Shown: positions 40,003-51,089 of the stretch, in pieces
Layout: the number at the start of each line of letters is the position of its first letter
Numbering within the stretch: the stretch's first letter is position 1
Origin: Candidatus Poribacteria bacterium
GTDB lineage: Bacteria; Poribacteria; WGA-4E; PCPOR2b
Length of the DNA: 64,000 nt
NCBI GenBank assembly: GCA_965208325.1
Contig: OZ242326.1
Span: forward strand, 4,448,001-4,512,000
Direction of reading: 5' to 3'
The notes under the pieces: model-generated
Told to the model about the DNA's origin: nothing
Databases searched by the model: none
The model's input: the letters and a program-made list of their open reading frames with translations, nothing else
Made by a program: the position numbers and the translations under genes

Positions 40003-41019
40003 TTAAAACTGACGGAGGAACCGCATGTCATTTTCGAATAGCAGCCGTAAGTCTGGGATGCCAAAACGCAGCATCGCGATGCGGTCTACCCCCATGCCAA
40101 ATGCAAAGCCGGTGACTTGATTCGGATCGTAATTTACGTAGCTGAACACGTTTGGATCGACAGATCCGGCGCCCAAGATTTCGAGCCAACCCGTCCATGA
40201 ACAGGTGCGGCAACCCTTGCCGCCGCAAACCGTGCAGGAGATATCGACTTCGGCGCTCGGCTCTGTGAAAGGGAAGAAGTGGGGACGAAAACGCACACGT
40301 GTTCCTTCTCCAAACATCTGCCGCGCAAAGGAATGGAGTACGCCTTTCAGCTCGCTGAAGGTGACGCGGTAATCAACCAGCAACCCTTCAACTTGGTGGA
40401 ACATCGGCGTATGCGATATATCGTAATCGCGCCGGTATGCCTTACCCGGCACAATGATGCGCACGGGCGGCTGCTGTTTTTCCATGACCCGCACCTGAAC
40501 CGGCGAGGTATGGGTGCGCAGCAATAGGCTATCCGTGATATAGAGGGTATCGTGAAGATCCCGCGCTGGATGGTCTTGGGGTGTGTTCAGCGCATCAAAA
40601 TTGTAATATTCGTGCTCAATCTCCGGACCTTCCGCGACTTGGAATCCCATACCGAGAAAGATTTCCTGAATCCGTTCGAGCGACTGCGTTACCGGGTGTT
40701 TTTTGCCGATTGTTGGACGCCGCCCGGGTAGCGTGATGTCTATCGTTTCCAGAGCAAGCTTTTGTTGGCGTTCTTGGCGGGAAAGCGCTTCGGCAAGCTG
40801 ATCAAAAGCCTCCGTAAGCCGTGTTCTCACTGTATTTGCGTGCTTGCCGACGATTGGACGCTCTTCTTTGGAGAGTGCCCCCATGCCTTTCATCAATGCG
40901 GTGAACGCGCCTTTGCGGCCAAAATACCTAATCCGCAGCGACTCAAGCTCAGCTAAATTATCTACGTTTTTCAGGCTTGCAAGCGCATCAGCCTCAATTT
41001 GATTCAACTGCTCCTGCAT
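40003..41019 (-). CDS. pheS: Phenylalanine-tRNA ligase alpha subunit
   Basis: HPARD.HDT, LRTHTSPVQ, FHQVEG, FPFTEPS, GFAFGMG; start ATG 41019 behind GGAG. Confidence 0.98.
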   Translation of the reverse strand: MQEQLNQIEADALASLKNVDNLAELESLRIRYFGRKGAFTALMKGMGALSKEERPIVGKHANTVRTRLTEAFDQLAEALSRQERQQKLALETIDITLPGRRPTIGKKHPVTQSLERIQEIFLGMGFQVAEGPEIEHEYYNFDALNTPQDHPARDLHDTLYITDSLLLRTHTSPVQVRVMEKQQPPVRIIVPGKAYRRDYDISHTPMFHQVEGLLVDYRVTFSELKGVLHSFARQMFGEGTRVRFRPHFFPFTEPSAEVDISCTVCGGKGCRTCSWTGWLEILGAGSVDPNVFSYVNYDPNQVTGFAFGMGVDRIAMLRFGIPDLRLLFENDMRFLRQF

Positions 41020-41032
41020 GCTTTCTCCAGCC

Positions 41033-41324
41033 AACAAAAAAACGCCTGTCACTTTAGCCCATTAGGGACGAAAGCAACAGGCGTCAACTTCCGCGGTACC
41101 ACCCTAGTTGACAGAATAAATATCTGCCCTCTTCATTGGTCGAATCAATAACGGTGAAACCCCCGGCACAAACCTACTTGTCCTCCGCACATTGGGGTTG
41201 GACGTTCAGCTTGGCAGCTCCAAGATGAAATTCGGCGGTTGGTTCCAAAGATGCGCTTTCAGCCAGTGGCGCTTCCTCTCTGATTGGAAGATTCCAACCG
41301 CTTACTTTGTCCCTTCATCGCCTT
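41033..41324 (-). promoter_or_regulatory. T-box riboswitch with Phe specifier and terminator
   Basis: Minus strand: AGTA, AGAGAG and GCTGAA stem I motifs, GAAT-TTC-A specifier (41229-41227), T-box AACTAGGGTGGTACCGCG, ACGCCTGT..ACAGGCGT plus U-run. Confidence 0.9.
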
Positions 41325-41367
41325 TAAATTACCGTATTCAGTTATTGTTTAAGGGGAAATTCTGAAT

Positions 41368-41617
41368 CTAGGTTCTGTTGACATTTCATCGCAACCGGAC
41401 AATCAAAAACGGTGCACAGACACATGACGCTTCGTAGGGGTTGGGTTCCCCAACCCTTTTTTCACAATCAAATACGATTTCGGACTGCTGTAGGTTGTTT
41501 GGCCAAAATCAACTCAATCTGTATGGTTGGAAGTTCCCTGCCCGCGTTGGTCAATGGGCGAGGTAACCTCGCCCCTACGATTACAGGCCGTTTTACATAA
41601 ATGTCAACACGCCCTAG
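41368..41617. mobile_element. MITE-like element family A, copy 3 (inverted, lacks the 37 nt module)
   Basis: CTAGGTTCTGTTGACATTT...AAATGTCAACACGCCCTAG. Confidence 0.75.
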
Positions 41618-41661
41618 TGCTCCTAATTTAGATGTGTCTTTCCTCGGCAACGCGCACAGCG

Positions 41662-42015
41662 TCAGCTTGACGCCTTCGCGAGCGCTGCAATCTGAGCAAA
41701 TCCAGCCTCATCATGCACCGCTATGTCCGCGAGAACCTTACGATTGAGTTCAATTCCCGCTATTTTAAGGCCGTTCATGAGTCGGTTGTATGATAAACCG
41801 TGCATTCTTGCGGCGGCATTGATTCGCACAATCCAAAGCCTTCTGAATTCCCGTTTGCGGGTCCGCCTATGCGCATACGCGTGATTCCACCCCTTTTCGA
41901 CCGCCTCCATAGCGGTTCGCTTCAAATTGTTCCGTCCGCCGCGATACCCTTTTGAATGTTTTAAGATTCTTTTCCGGCGTTTTAATCGAATGTTTCCCGT
42001 TTCAACTCTTGCCAT
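41662..42015 (-). CDS. rplT: 50S ribosomal protein L20
   Basis: [28 protein letters not shown]. Confidence 0.98.
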   Translation of the reverse strand: MARVETGNIRLKRRKRILKHSKGYRGGRNNLKRTAMEAVEKGWNHAYAHRRTRKREFRRLWIVRINAAARMHGLSYNRLMNGLKIAGIELNRKVLADIAVHDEAGFAQIAALAKASS

Positions 42016-42124
42016 TTCGACCTCGTTAAGAAATTGTGTGATGTGTATTTGAAATTGCCATTGTAATCAATTAATACGGCGCGGCATTAGCAGGGCGTTT
42101 TGAAACCCTCCGCGGACGCAGAAA

Positions 42125-42319
42125 CTATTTGGCTAGTAATCGGTTTACCCGTTTCAAATTGGTTGAATCTACCAGGCTGCCCTTTCTGAGCCTGCGTTTG
42201 CGCTTACCCGATTTCGTTAGGAAGAGGTGGTTAGAAAAGGCTTTGAATCTCCGAATTTTACCGCTTCCTGAACGTTTAAACCGCTTTGCCGCGCCTTTAT
42301 GGGTTTTTATCTTTGGCAT
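42125..42319 (-). CDS. rpmI: 50S ribosomal protein L35
   Basis: MPKIKTHKGAAKRFK. Confidence 0.98.
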   Translation of the reverse strand: MPKIKTHKGAAKRFKRSGSGKIRRFKAFSNHLFLTKSGKRKRRLRKGSLVDSTNLKRVNRLLAK

Positions 42320-42374
42320 TTGTCAGATCCTTCGGATGAGTGTTCAACTAAACTACTAAACGTCCGTACTCCCG

Positions 42375-42926
42375 CTACGACGATATTGGAGCGATAATTA
42401 TAAACATTGTCCTCGTTTCCATTCGAGGAGATTGCTCAACCTCCCCAACGTCTGCAAGGTTTTCGGCGAATTGCAGCAGCATTTTGCGGCCAAGGTCGGT
42501 GTGCATCATTTCACGCCCTTTGAATCGGACTGTGGTTTTAACTTTCCAGCCGTTCGTCAAGAATTCCCGGGCGTGGCGCGACTTGAAATCCAAGTCGTGA
42601 TCGCCGGTCCTCACAGAGTTAAATTTTATTTCTTTCAGGACAACCTTGGCTTGTTTCTTCTTCGCTTCTTTCGCGCGTTTGCTCTTCTCATACTGAAATT
42701 TCCCGTAATCCATTATCTTGCACACGGGCGGATCGGCATTGGGAGAAACTTCCACCAAATCAAGACCCTGTTCTCGAGCAATTTGCAACGCCTCGCGAGG
42801 CAACATCGTGCTGAGCTGCGTGTTGTCCGAGTCAATGACAAAAACCTGCCTGGCTCGGATTCGCTCATTCACTCTATTTTGTGGTTCCCGCTGCTTCCCT
42901 CGCCAACGATTGCCTCTTTTCTGAAT
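42375..42926 (-). CDS. infC: Translation initiation factor IF-3, probable ATT start
   Basis: LDLVEVSPNADPPVCKIMDYGK, RFKGRE; GGGGGTG SD 6 nt before in-frame ATT. Confidence 0.95.
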   Translation of the reverse strand: MQKRGNRWRGKQREPQNRVNERIRARQVFVIDSDNTQLSTMLPREALQIAREQGLDLVEVSPNADPPVCKIMDYGKFQYEKSKRAKEAKKKQAKVVLKEIKFNSVRTGDHDLDFKSRHAREFLTNGWKVKTTVRFKGREMMHTDLGRKMLLQFAENLADVGEVEQSPRMETRTMFIIIAPISS

Positions 42927-43253
42927 TTTATACACCCCCAGAGGTATGGTATGAATGAATCTTCGAAAAAATCACGCGTTGAACGCTGCATTCTTTGAAA
43001 CGCGGCTATGAGCCGCGGCGCGATTTACGGCAAATTTATGGATTTTAATGATTATAGCGTTCAATAGATGTCTGGATTGTAAAGGTAAAAGGTGGCGTTT
43101 ATTTTAGCACATCACAGTTGACAAATGCAAGGTAAAATCCTTATTTCACTATGTTCACGGCTAAGACACGATGCCCGCAAGGGGGGTTTTTGGAACGGAA
43201 ATTCCGTTTTCTGCACCCATTCTGTGATTGAACGACCGGCGGGCACTCGCTGG

Positions 43254-44258
43254 CTAACCGCAGTTGACGGGTTGTCCGGTTTCAACAGACTGGTACGCCG
43301 CTAGTGCAATTTCTACCGCAGCACGGCCGTCTTGCCCGGTGATTGGCGGCGTTGTATCGTTGAGTACCGCGTCGACAAAGGCTCGAATCTCGTGGCATAC
43401 CGGTTCTTCACCGTCAATTTCGGAGATTGGGGTGCTTATCTCGTCGCCTTCGAATGTCTTTATATGGATGGACACATCTTTTCCCCAAATATGCGGAAAA
43501 TAGATTGAGCCGTTTTCGCAATCGACGCGCCCGCCGTATCCGCCGATAGCGGAGACTTGGCTTGAGTGAAGCAGGCCGACGCCGCCGTTCTCGAATGATA
43601 AAGAAGCGAGCACGACATCGGGGTAGTCGGCTTCACGCTGAACGTATGTACCGCCAATGGCGTAGACGGTTTTGACTTCTCCGCATGTCCACCGCATGAA
43701 ATCAATCTCGTGCGTGCTAATTTCCATGAGGCTTCCGCCCGACTTTTCGCGCTGCAACCGCCAGTGCGTCGCATAATCGCCGCGGTGCCATGGACCTCCA
43801 ATCCGATGTATCATCATGCAAACTGGTTTACCCAGTTGCCCGCTGCGAACGATTTCACGTACCTTTGAGTGAGTGGCGTGGTATCGGCAGACCAACCCAA
43901 TCGTCAACTTCACGCCGTTCCGCTGAGCGGCTTGAATCATCGCATCACAGTCTTCCAGCGTGGGCGCCATCGGTTTCTCGGAGAACACGTGCTTTCCGGC
44001 GTTTGCGGCGTCCACAGCCATTTGGCGGTGCATGAACGGCGGTGATGCAATAAACACGCCATGTATGCGTCCATCTGCCAGCAGGTCGTGGTAATCGAGA
44101 TAGTATTCTGCATTAACCTCCGCCGCCAGCTTCTTGGCGCGAGGCTCATCCAGATCGCTGACTCGCAGTACCTCGACATGCTCAAGCGCCTGCGCGCTAT
44201 GCGCAAGGCTTCTTCCCATAATACCGCAACCAATCACACCAACTCCAAATTTGTCCAT
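43254..44258 (-). CDS. Gfo/Idh/MocA family oxidoreductase
   Basis: GVIGCGIMG, GKHVFSEKP, SGG.L....H.ID. Confidence 0.92.
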   Translation of the reverse strand: MDKFGVGVIGCGIMGRSLAHSAQALEHVEVLRVSDLDEPRAKKLAAEVNAEYYLDYHDLLADGRIHGVFIASPPFMHRQMAVDAANAGKHVFSEKPMAPTLEDCDAMIQAAQRNGVKLTIGLVCRYHATHSKVREIVRSGQLGKPVCMMIHRIGGPWHRGDYATHWRLQREKSGGSLMEISTHEIDFMRWTCGEVKTVYAIGGTYVQREADYPDVVLASLSFENGGVGLLHSSQVSAIGGYGGRVDCENGSIYFPHIWGKDVSIHIKTFEGDEISTPISEIDGEEPVCHEIRAFVDAVLNDTTPPITGQDGRAAVEIALAAYQSVETGQPVNCG

Positions 44259-44439
44259 AAAGTGCCCTTCTACGCTCAACGCAATTAGTTTTCCAAGAGT
44301 ATAACACAATTGAGATGAAAAGCGAGTCTTATCTGTTCTGAAAACGGCAGCTAACGCCGGGTATCATTTTTGCCACAGTTCAACGCATCCTTACCACACT
44401 TTTTGACCCGAATGGTGAAACCTACGCTCGCAGACGCTA

Positions 44440-44930
44440 GACCCATCGTAGGCGGGGCATCTTGCCCCGCATTGGCAGTTATCTGTTCAACCCAACCTAT
44501 AATAAAAACTATTTTGAGCGTTTCGACATTTGGTGCCGTCAATTCGATAAACGCTGTAAGAATTGGGCATACCGACAACACCTGAAATTATATACCTGTC
44601 GCCCCGCTGGGGCGTGATAGTGGTGAGATTCGGCGTTTCTATACACCTGCCGCCCCGTTGGGGCTGAATAGGTTTTGTAGGTTGGGTTGAGCGACTAATC
44701 GCAAAATCGTTTCGGTGTCCGTACCTCGTCCAATTTCCGCTGCGATGACGTTGAAGAAAATGCAAAGCGATCAAGCGACTGAATAAGGAGTGCGATAGTT
44801 TTCCTGTAGCTCAACCCAACGCTTTTTGGTTTTATCGAGGAGTCACGTCTTTGGTAGATGTGTGAATTATCCTAAGAGCGTTGCCTTGGAGCCCCAGCGG
44901 GGATCTTCAAGCGTATGTAGCAATGTATAG
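44440..44930. repeat. Cluster of REP-like hairpins
   Basis: GTAGGCGGGGCATCTTGCCCCGC (44448), GCCCCGYTGGGGC x2, GTAGGTTGGGTTGAGCG..CTCAACCCAAC, GCCCCAGCGGGG. Confidence 0.75.
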
Positions 44931-45083
44931 GCGACCCGACATTTAAGGGAATATTTCCGCGATTTTTATTGAAACTTGTTGCAAAATATAGGGTATAATT
45001 TTACAATGGGGCGAACCGCCGCAGCGAAGTGCGTTAGATTGAACCGCGATCGGCTACCTGCGCAAATTAATACGGGAAAGATT

Positions 45084-45100
45084 TTGGCATATCACTTGCT
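45084..45100 (+). promoter_or_regulatory. Putative sigma-54 (-24/-12) promoter
   Basis: TTGGCATATCACTTGCT, exact GG-N10-GC spacing, 100 nt upstream of ATG 45201. Confidence 0.65.
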
Positions 45101-45200
45101 ATAACTATTTTGACCAAATATTAATCACTTACTCATTACGCATTACTCATTAATGTTTAAGTTACTGTTGATTGACCCAGAGCAAAAGGAGGAACCTACA

Positions 45201-46001
45201 ATGAAATTGATCGGGTTACAAATCATCGGTCTTTGTCTCGCCGTTTTCCTGTTCGTGGAATTCACCGCATCGGGCAATGCAAAAGTCGGAGCAATTCAAA
45301 TTGAGCTGTCGGGATACGTCAGCAATGACGATGCGCGGCAGATTCGGCGATTGTTAAAGCCGTGGGCGGATCCGGAAAATGTGGTGTTTAAACCTGCGTT
45401 CGACAAAGAGAAACGTAAACGCCATTTCTCAACTGTGGTCGAAATTACCCCGCGATGGGGCAAAAACAGTTATACCGAGAGCCACACTTTTGACATTTAC
45501 AACATTATGCGGCAACTGAACGACCAGCGTTTCCGGGGAAGCCAGATTGGGCCGCGTCCGTGGGTTTCGAAAACCGAAGCCACAGTGTCGGGAGATCTCA
45601 TCGCCTATCATGGATGGTCGCGCAGCCATATCCGAGACGTTCCGAATTGGAGGCGTTGGCGTGAGCACACATCAGAGATCGGTCATGCGTTGTATACGGA
45701 CCGTGCAAATGAGAAGGTTGTATTTAGCAGTAACGACAAGTTCGATGAGTTAAGGCGTGAAGTCAGTAAAGGTGTAGATGAAGGTAAACGTGATCCGGCT
45801 GTTGAGGTCGAGGGCAAGATTGTGGGATTCGACGGCCCCTTCCCTGTGATGTCAATCCGCAAATTTCGCGTGGACTACAAGATTGAAATGCAATCGGGAG
45901 ACAAGGGGAGAAAACAGAAGGACGAGTCCTATGATTATTTGGAGGAATCCTTACCGGAATCGGATGAAATGCCTGAAGATGAGTCGGAGAACGGTAAATA
46001 A
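45201..46001 (+). CDS. Hypothetical exported protein
   Basis: AAGGAGG RBS, signal-peptide-like N-terminus, acidic tail. Confidence 0.75.
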   Translation: MKLIGLQIIGLCLAVFLFVEFTASGNAKVGAIQIELSGYVSNDDARQIRRLLKPWADPENVVFKPAFDKEKRKRHFSTVVEITPRWGKNSYTESHTFDIYNIMRQLNDQRFRGSQIGPRPWVSKTEATVSGDLIAYHGWSRSHIRDVPNWRRWREHTSEIGHALYTDRANEKVVFSSNDKFDELRREVSKGVDEGKRDPAVEVEGKIVGFDGPFPVMSIRKFRVDYKIEMQSGDKGRKQKDESYDYLEESLPESDEMPEDESENGK

Positions 46002-46132
46002 CAAGTTCTTGTAGGATCAACCGGCTGAATAAGGAGTGCGATAATTTTCCTGAATAGTCTTCACAAGTTTTGTAGGTAAGGAGATTCGGTTCGGCGAATT
46101 GGAATGATAACGCTGCCGATAATTCAGGTTTT

Positions 46133-46171
46133 AAAGGGAGCGGCACCGCCAGGTGTCTCTCCCTTTTTTTT
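46133..46171 (+). terminator. Rho-independent terminator
   Basis: GGGAG-CG-GCACC-GCCA-GGTGT-CT-CTCCC followed by T-run. Confidence 0.7.
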
Positions 46172-46784
46172 CAGCGTAAAATCAGGAAAGAAACGCAATG
46201 GAAAATGGGTAATTTCCGGTCGAGCCGATGTTGGTGGTTACCTTTTATTGAATTGCACCGGCCCGCTTGTGGTGCGGGTTCATTGAAATCGTGAGGTAAC
46301 CAAAAGGTAACCAAGAAAAAAGATCTGTGAGTCTTTTGAGGGGATTGAAATGCTAATATTTTAGCATAGTTTATAGGGGTGATTTAAAACATTCACTGGC
46401 AGTGAATCGGAAAGAATTTTATCGCAATCGAGAGGCGAAATGGGCGGGAATTTAGCCAGGAACCAATTATCAGTCAATGCGAACGCACAAACGCTAAAGG
46501 GCGCTGTGAAAATTCATCCCCGCGTGAAGGGCGGCGGATTACCCTAAGAATTTGCGGAAACGAGGGAATTTCAACCTCGCGCCATGTGGGTTGATTTTAA
46601 CGGCCGAACAAAGCACAATCAAGCGAGCGAATAGCCGGCGCGATAGTCTTCCCAAGTTAAATCCTCCGCCTTGAGAAAACTTACAATTGCCCGCAAGTCC
46701 GCAAATTCGGGGAGCGTACGGGTTTTCTCCCTTCATTCTTGACGTAACCATGCTGTAAAACACCTGTGGGAAGGGCTTCCTAGC

Positions 46785-47085
46785 CCTGATTATCGGGACA
46801 GGGATGTCCCTCCCACAGTATTTGTAGGTTGGGTTGAGCGAACCACTGACCGAACAGCGAAGGATCAAGCGACTGAACAAGGAGTGCGATAGTTCTGCTA
46901 TAGTCTTCTGCGTAACCCAACGTATTTTGGTCATTGGAAAGTGTTTGGTATATCCGAACTGCTTCCGAGCAATGAAAAAGCGTTGGGTTACGCTCCATGT
47001 GATGAGCCAAGGGCGTCGGTTGGTGTATTGAACGGTTATTGGCATAGGAACGGATTTGGGATTACCCGCTTAACCCAACCTACAA
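46785..47085. repeat. REP-like cluster downstream of glnS
   Basis: GGGACAGGGATGTCCCTCCCAC, GTAGGTTGGGTTGAGCG ... CTTAACCCAACCTAC inverted pair. Confidence 0.7.
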
Positions 47086-47265
47086 GAACTTTAAGGATTG
47101 GCGGCGGTGTCTTCGTCCACTTGAGGATTGGACAGAATTCGCAGAGTTCGCTTTCACAGAAGTTATTCAGATGGTGGAAGTCGAATTTCTCGGCTGGTCG
47201 GTGGACAAATGCAACGCGGCGGCGGGGATTGGCGGTAGGGTGTATTACTGGTAGGCTTTACGAAG

Positions 47266-48996
47266 TCATGAGGGTTTCTGCGATTTTTGAATTTTTGCCC
47301 ACGTGTCGCGCAATGATACCGTGCGGTTGAAAACGAGTTTGCCGCTGGACGTGTCATGGTCCACGTAGAAATAGCCCTGTCTTAGGAACTGGTAATGGCT
47401 TCCCGGCACCGCGCCCGCTAAGCTGGATTCGACGCGGCATGAACTCAATACCCTCAACGAATCCGGATTCAGATTGGCTTTGAAATCGGAACCCTCCTCA
47501 ACATCGTCCGGGTCCGGTTTCACAAAGAGGTGGTCGTACAGACGCACCTCGGCTGGGTGTGAATGGGGCGCCGAAACCCAGTGCAGCGTGCCTCTAACCT
47601 TTCGCCCGTCTTCGGACCAGCCGCCCCGCGTCTCAGGGTCGTACGTGCAGTGCAACTCGACCACTTCTCCATGCTCGTCCTTGACGGCACGCTCGCACGT
47701 GATATAGTACGCATGTTTCAGCCGCACCTCGCGCCCCGGCGCCAATCGGAAGTACTTTCTCGGCGGGTCTTCTATGAAATCACCCCGTTCGATGTAGAGT
47801 TCGCGTGAAAAGTGAATCTTTCGTGTTCCGGCGTTAGGCTCCTCCGGGTTGTTGTCCGCATCTAACGCTTCCACTTTTCCCTCCGGATAGTTGTCGATAA
47901 TCACTTTAAGCGGCGACAACACCGCCATCACACGCGGTGCGCGTTGGTTCAAGTCTTGGCGAACGCAATACTCAAGCAGCGCAATATCAACCAAATTGTC
48001 GGCTTTGGCGATACCGATCCGATTACAGAAATCTCGAATCGACTCCGGCGTGTAGCCGCGACGGCGCAGTCCGGACAACGTCGGCATCCGCGGATCGTCC
48101 CACCCGTTGACATAGCCTTCGTCGACCAGTTGGATTAACTTTCGCTTTGCGAGCACGGTGTAGCTGACATTGAGGCGGGCGAACTCGACCTGCTGCGGAT
48201 GATAGATGTCGAGCTGGTCGAGGAACCAGTCGTATAAGGGGCGGTTGTTTTCAAATTCGAGTGAACAGAGCGAATGCGTGATGCCTTCAATTGAATCGGA
48301 GATGCAATGCGTAAAGTCGTACATCGGATAGATGCACCACGTATCGCCCGTTTCATGGTGGGACGCATATAGAATGCGGTACATGACCGGATCCCGCATG
48401 ACCAAATTCGGAGATGACATATCGATTTTAGCGCGAAGTGTGCGAGAGCCTTCCTCAAATTCGCCGGCACGCATACCCGCAAATAGGTCGAGGTTCTCTT
48501 CGACGGAACGGTTGCGGTTAGGGCTTTCCAACCCCGGCTCCGTCAAGGTGCCGCGGTACTTTCCGTATCGAATCTCCTCCGGACTCAGGTCACAGACAAA
48601 TGCCACACCTTTTTTGATTAGCTGCACGGCATATCCATAGAGTTGCTCAAAATAGTCCGATGCGTTGTATTCCCGATCTTCCCAGTCGAAACCGAGCCAT
48701 CGAATGTCGTCTTTAATGGATTCCACAAATTCGACATCTTCTTTGGTGGGATTGGTGTCATCGAACCGCAGATTGTAAAGGCCGCCGTAATCTTCTGCGA
48801 TACCGAAGTTGATACAGATGGCTTTGGCACTGCCCAGATGGATATAGCCGTTGGGTTCCGGCGGGAATCGTGTATGAACCCGTCCGCCGTACTTGTTTGT
48901 CCGCGCGTCTTCATTGATAATCTGCCGGATGAAGTCGGTGGGTTGGGTAGTATCGGTCGAAATTGTATTCACTCGCTCCTCTACATTTTTCTTCAT
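47266..48996 (-). CDS. glnS: Glutamine-tRNA ligase
   Basis: [50 protein letters not shown]. Confidence 0.96.
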   Translation of the reverse strand: MKKNVEERVNTISTDTTQPTDFIRQIINEDARTNKYGGRVHTRFPPEPNGYIHLGSAKAICINFGIAEDYGGLYNLRFDDTNPTKEDVEFVESIKDDIRWLGFDWEDREYNASDYFEQLYGYAVQLIKKGVAFVCDLSPEEIRYGKYRGTLTEPGLESPNRNRSVEENLDLFAGMRAGEFEEGSRTLRAKIDMSSPNLVMRDPVMYRILYASHHETGDTWCIYPMYDFTHCISDSIEGITHSLCSLEFENNRPLYDWFLDQLDIYHPQQVEFARLNVSYTVLAKRKLIQLVDEGYVNGWDDPRMPTLSGLRRRGYTPESIRDFCNRIGIAKADNLVDIALLEYCVRQDLNQRAPRVMAVLSPLKVIIDNYPEGKVEALDADNNPEEPNAGTRKIHFSRELYIERGDFIEDPPRKYFRLAPGREVRLKHAYYITCERAVKDEHGEVVELHCTYDPETRGGWSEDGRKVRGTLHWVSAPHSHPAEVRLYDHLFVKPDPDDVEEGSDFKANLNPDSLRVLSSCRVESSLAGAVPGSHYQFLRQGYFYVDHDTSSGKLVFNRTVSLRDTWAKIQKSQKPS

Positions 48997-49009
48997 TTAT
49001 TATCATTAA

Positions 49010-49168
49010 AGGACTTACGCGATAAGTTCATAAGTCCCCCTGATAAGGGATCAAGCGACTGAATAAGGAGCGCGATAGTATTCCTATAGTCTCAGGGGGT
49101 TGAAAACACTGCAATAACGACTATTTAAGTCCAATAGTTCCTTTTTCTGCTCAATTTGCGTAAGTCCT
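49010..49168. mobile_element. MITE-like element family C, copy 1
   Basis: AGGACTTACGC...GCGTAAGTCCT terminal inverted repeat. Confidence 0.65.
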
Positions 49169-49257
49169 GCATAATCTGCCGCTATTCTTGTGGTTTTCGC
49201 ATAGCCTGAACACGAACTCTAGTCCTAATTGAACTTTCAATGCGAGCCTGCGCCGAC

Positions 49258-50124
49258 TTAATTCGACTGAAGCAACTTTATGACTTTTTGCGCACTCGCT
49301 GATTTTCTGGTGTCTGAGGAGTCCGGCCCGTTCTTATTGAGGGTTTCCAACGATTCAGGGGTGCCAATCCTTCGCAGCGCGGCAGCCGCTGTAATCCGTA
49401 CTTCGGCGCATTCGTGATGGAGGTGGGTTTTTAGCGCCTCAACCAATTCCAGCACGGAATTCGAATGCGCGGCTTTCGTCGCGTTGATGTGGATGCAGCG
49501 CCGATAGCCCTTGCTGCCTAACGCGGCGTGGAACAGCTTGTGGTTCATGAAGATTACATCTCCCGGCGTGTTCACAATCGGATACCTGCCCGGCACGTCT
49601 TCCGGACGTATGTTCAATGATCGGATTGCATTCAAAATTTGTCCGTCCCGGTCGCGCGCCAGCGCCTGGCGGTACGCCGCAAAATGGCTGCCCGGAATCA
49701 CGTTAAGGCATCCATCTTCACTTCCGAGATGATCGAGATAGATATGGGCTCTCATTGTGAAAAAGCCGTCCGGGGCGATGTTGTCGTGGTGCCAGGCGGT
49801 ATCTCCCGTATGCAGGATGCCTTCGCTTGCGGGCAGGATGAAATCGTCGCCGAGTAGATGCCTGAAAATGTCGACAAATCTCTGATCGGTCAATAGGGGA
49901 TAGAACACATCAGGATTGAGGTCGAAGAACGGGACAAACGGGTCGATCAGGTAATTGACCTGCTGTCTTTTATCACCGTGTTCGGGCGGCGGCGCACCAT
50001 CACGCGCGGCTTTCATCGCCGAGTCGAAGGCGTCTGAAAGCACTCGGGTTTCGTGCGGCGAGAAAAACCCCTTGCAATGGATAAAGCCGAACGTCTGAAA
50101 CTGGTTGATAAGCGCTTGATTCAT
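49258..50124 (-). CDS. PhyH family dioxygenase with C-terminal HEAT-like helix pair
   Basis: WHHD, GCL.VIPGSH, PGDVIF...LFH; VRITAAAALRRIGTPE. Confidence 0.82.
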   Translation of the reverse strand: MNQALINQFQTFGFIHCKGFFSPHETRVLSDAFDSAMKAARDGAPPPEHGDKRQQVNYLIDPFVPFFDLNPDVFYPLLTDQRFVDIFRHLLGDDFILPASEGILHTGDTAWHHDNIAPDGFFTMRAHIYLDHLGSEDGCLNVIPGSHFAAYRQALARDRDGQILNAIRSLNIRPEDVPGRYPIVNTPGDVIFMNHKLFHAALGSKGYRRCIHINATKAAHSNSVLELVEALKTHLHHECAEVRITAAAALRRIGTPESLETLNKNGPDSSDTRKSASAQKVIKLLQSN

Positions 50125-50326
50125 GAACTACTTCCTCAATTGTATCTTTCATGGCATTTATCAGATTGGGGCGTGGCTTTCGAAAGCCGCAACCTACAAA
50201 CATTCTCCCCTTTTACAAGGGGGAGTCAGAGGGGGTACATCCCAAACCACGCAAGGCGAACTATGCTTTTTTGTCTCGTAATGGCTTTTTGAGTGTTTTA
50301 GTCCTAACCCGATAACTCCGTTTTTC

Positions 50327-50722
50327 TTAATCGTACTTAATGAGTTGAATTTTGAGCTTGTTCGGTGTAAACAGATGCGCCAACCGGCAACCGCTAGAAT
50401 GGATTTTTTTGAATTGGAAATTCCCTTTACCGACATCAGTTGGCTCGTCGCCGACTTCCAGCCCCTGCGATTTTAGTCTATCGAATGCCGCATCCACATC
50501 GTCCACTTCAAAAGTGATGTGATCCAGTTCTCCGGATGTGCCGTCGGGTTTTAAGATTAGCTCCAATCTGTGGCCTGTATGGACATCTTCAACAAAGGCG
50601 ACCTCTTGAATCTCGCCCACGCCCGGATGGCGAAGGATAAACTTCATCCCCAGGAACTCGCAGAAGGTCTCGATAGCCTTGTCCATATCGTTGACGATGA
50701 TTGCGTGGTGATGCAGTTTCAT
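50327..50722 (-). CDS. VOC/glyoxalase family protein
   Basis: LHH.AI.V.D.DKA, LEL, LDHITFEVDDVD. Confidence 0.88.
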   Translation of the reverse strand: MKLHHHAIIVNDMDKAIETFCEFLGMKFILRHPGVGEIQEVAFVEDVHTGHRLELILKPDGTSGELDHITFEVDDVDAAFDRLKSQGLEVGDEPTDVGKGNFQFKKIHSSGCRLAHLFTPNKLKIQLIKYD

Positions 50723-51089
50723 ATATAATCACTCTCCCATGCTATTATATCACGGTTACGAAAAAGTTGACAGATTAAACATGGGATATTTTAGCGCGGC
50801 GATAGTAAGGAGGAGAAAGAATGTCCGTTGGATCGATTGAAGATGGGGCGAGTGGGTTGTCGAAACTCAAGGTACAAGCACTAGGAAGAACCATAAAAAC
50901 TATCGTCTTTGCTATCCACTCAGTTGATCCGCCTTGGTGAGGAGGGGAATTTTATTCATCCGCAACTCTGATGTTGGTGTGGAAAAGTTGGAACTTAGAG
51001 AAGAAGTTGGACCGTGCCTGGATGGATTTGATTCGATATGTCTTGAATCTATATGTTCAGCAAGTTATTATAATTACTTAACTTTTTTT

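Noticed and set aside
44891..44935. Another module copy after GCCCCAGCGGGG-ATC
   Set aside because: Junction is similar but the following sequence lacks the three conserved boxes
46539..47330. 168 aa and 129 aa ORFs
   Set aside because: Composed of REP and module sequence; LSHSLFSRLI-type peptides are translations of the repeat
50821..50940. 39 aa ORF behind a strong AGGAGG
   Set aside because: Its 3' half is a module copy; no independent support
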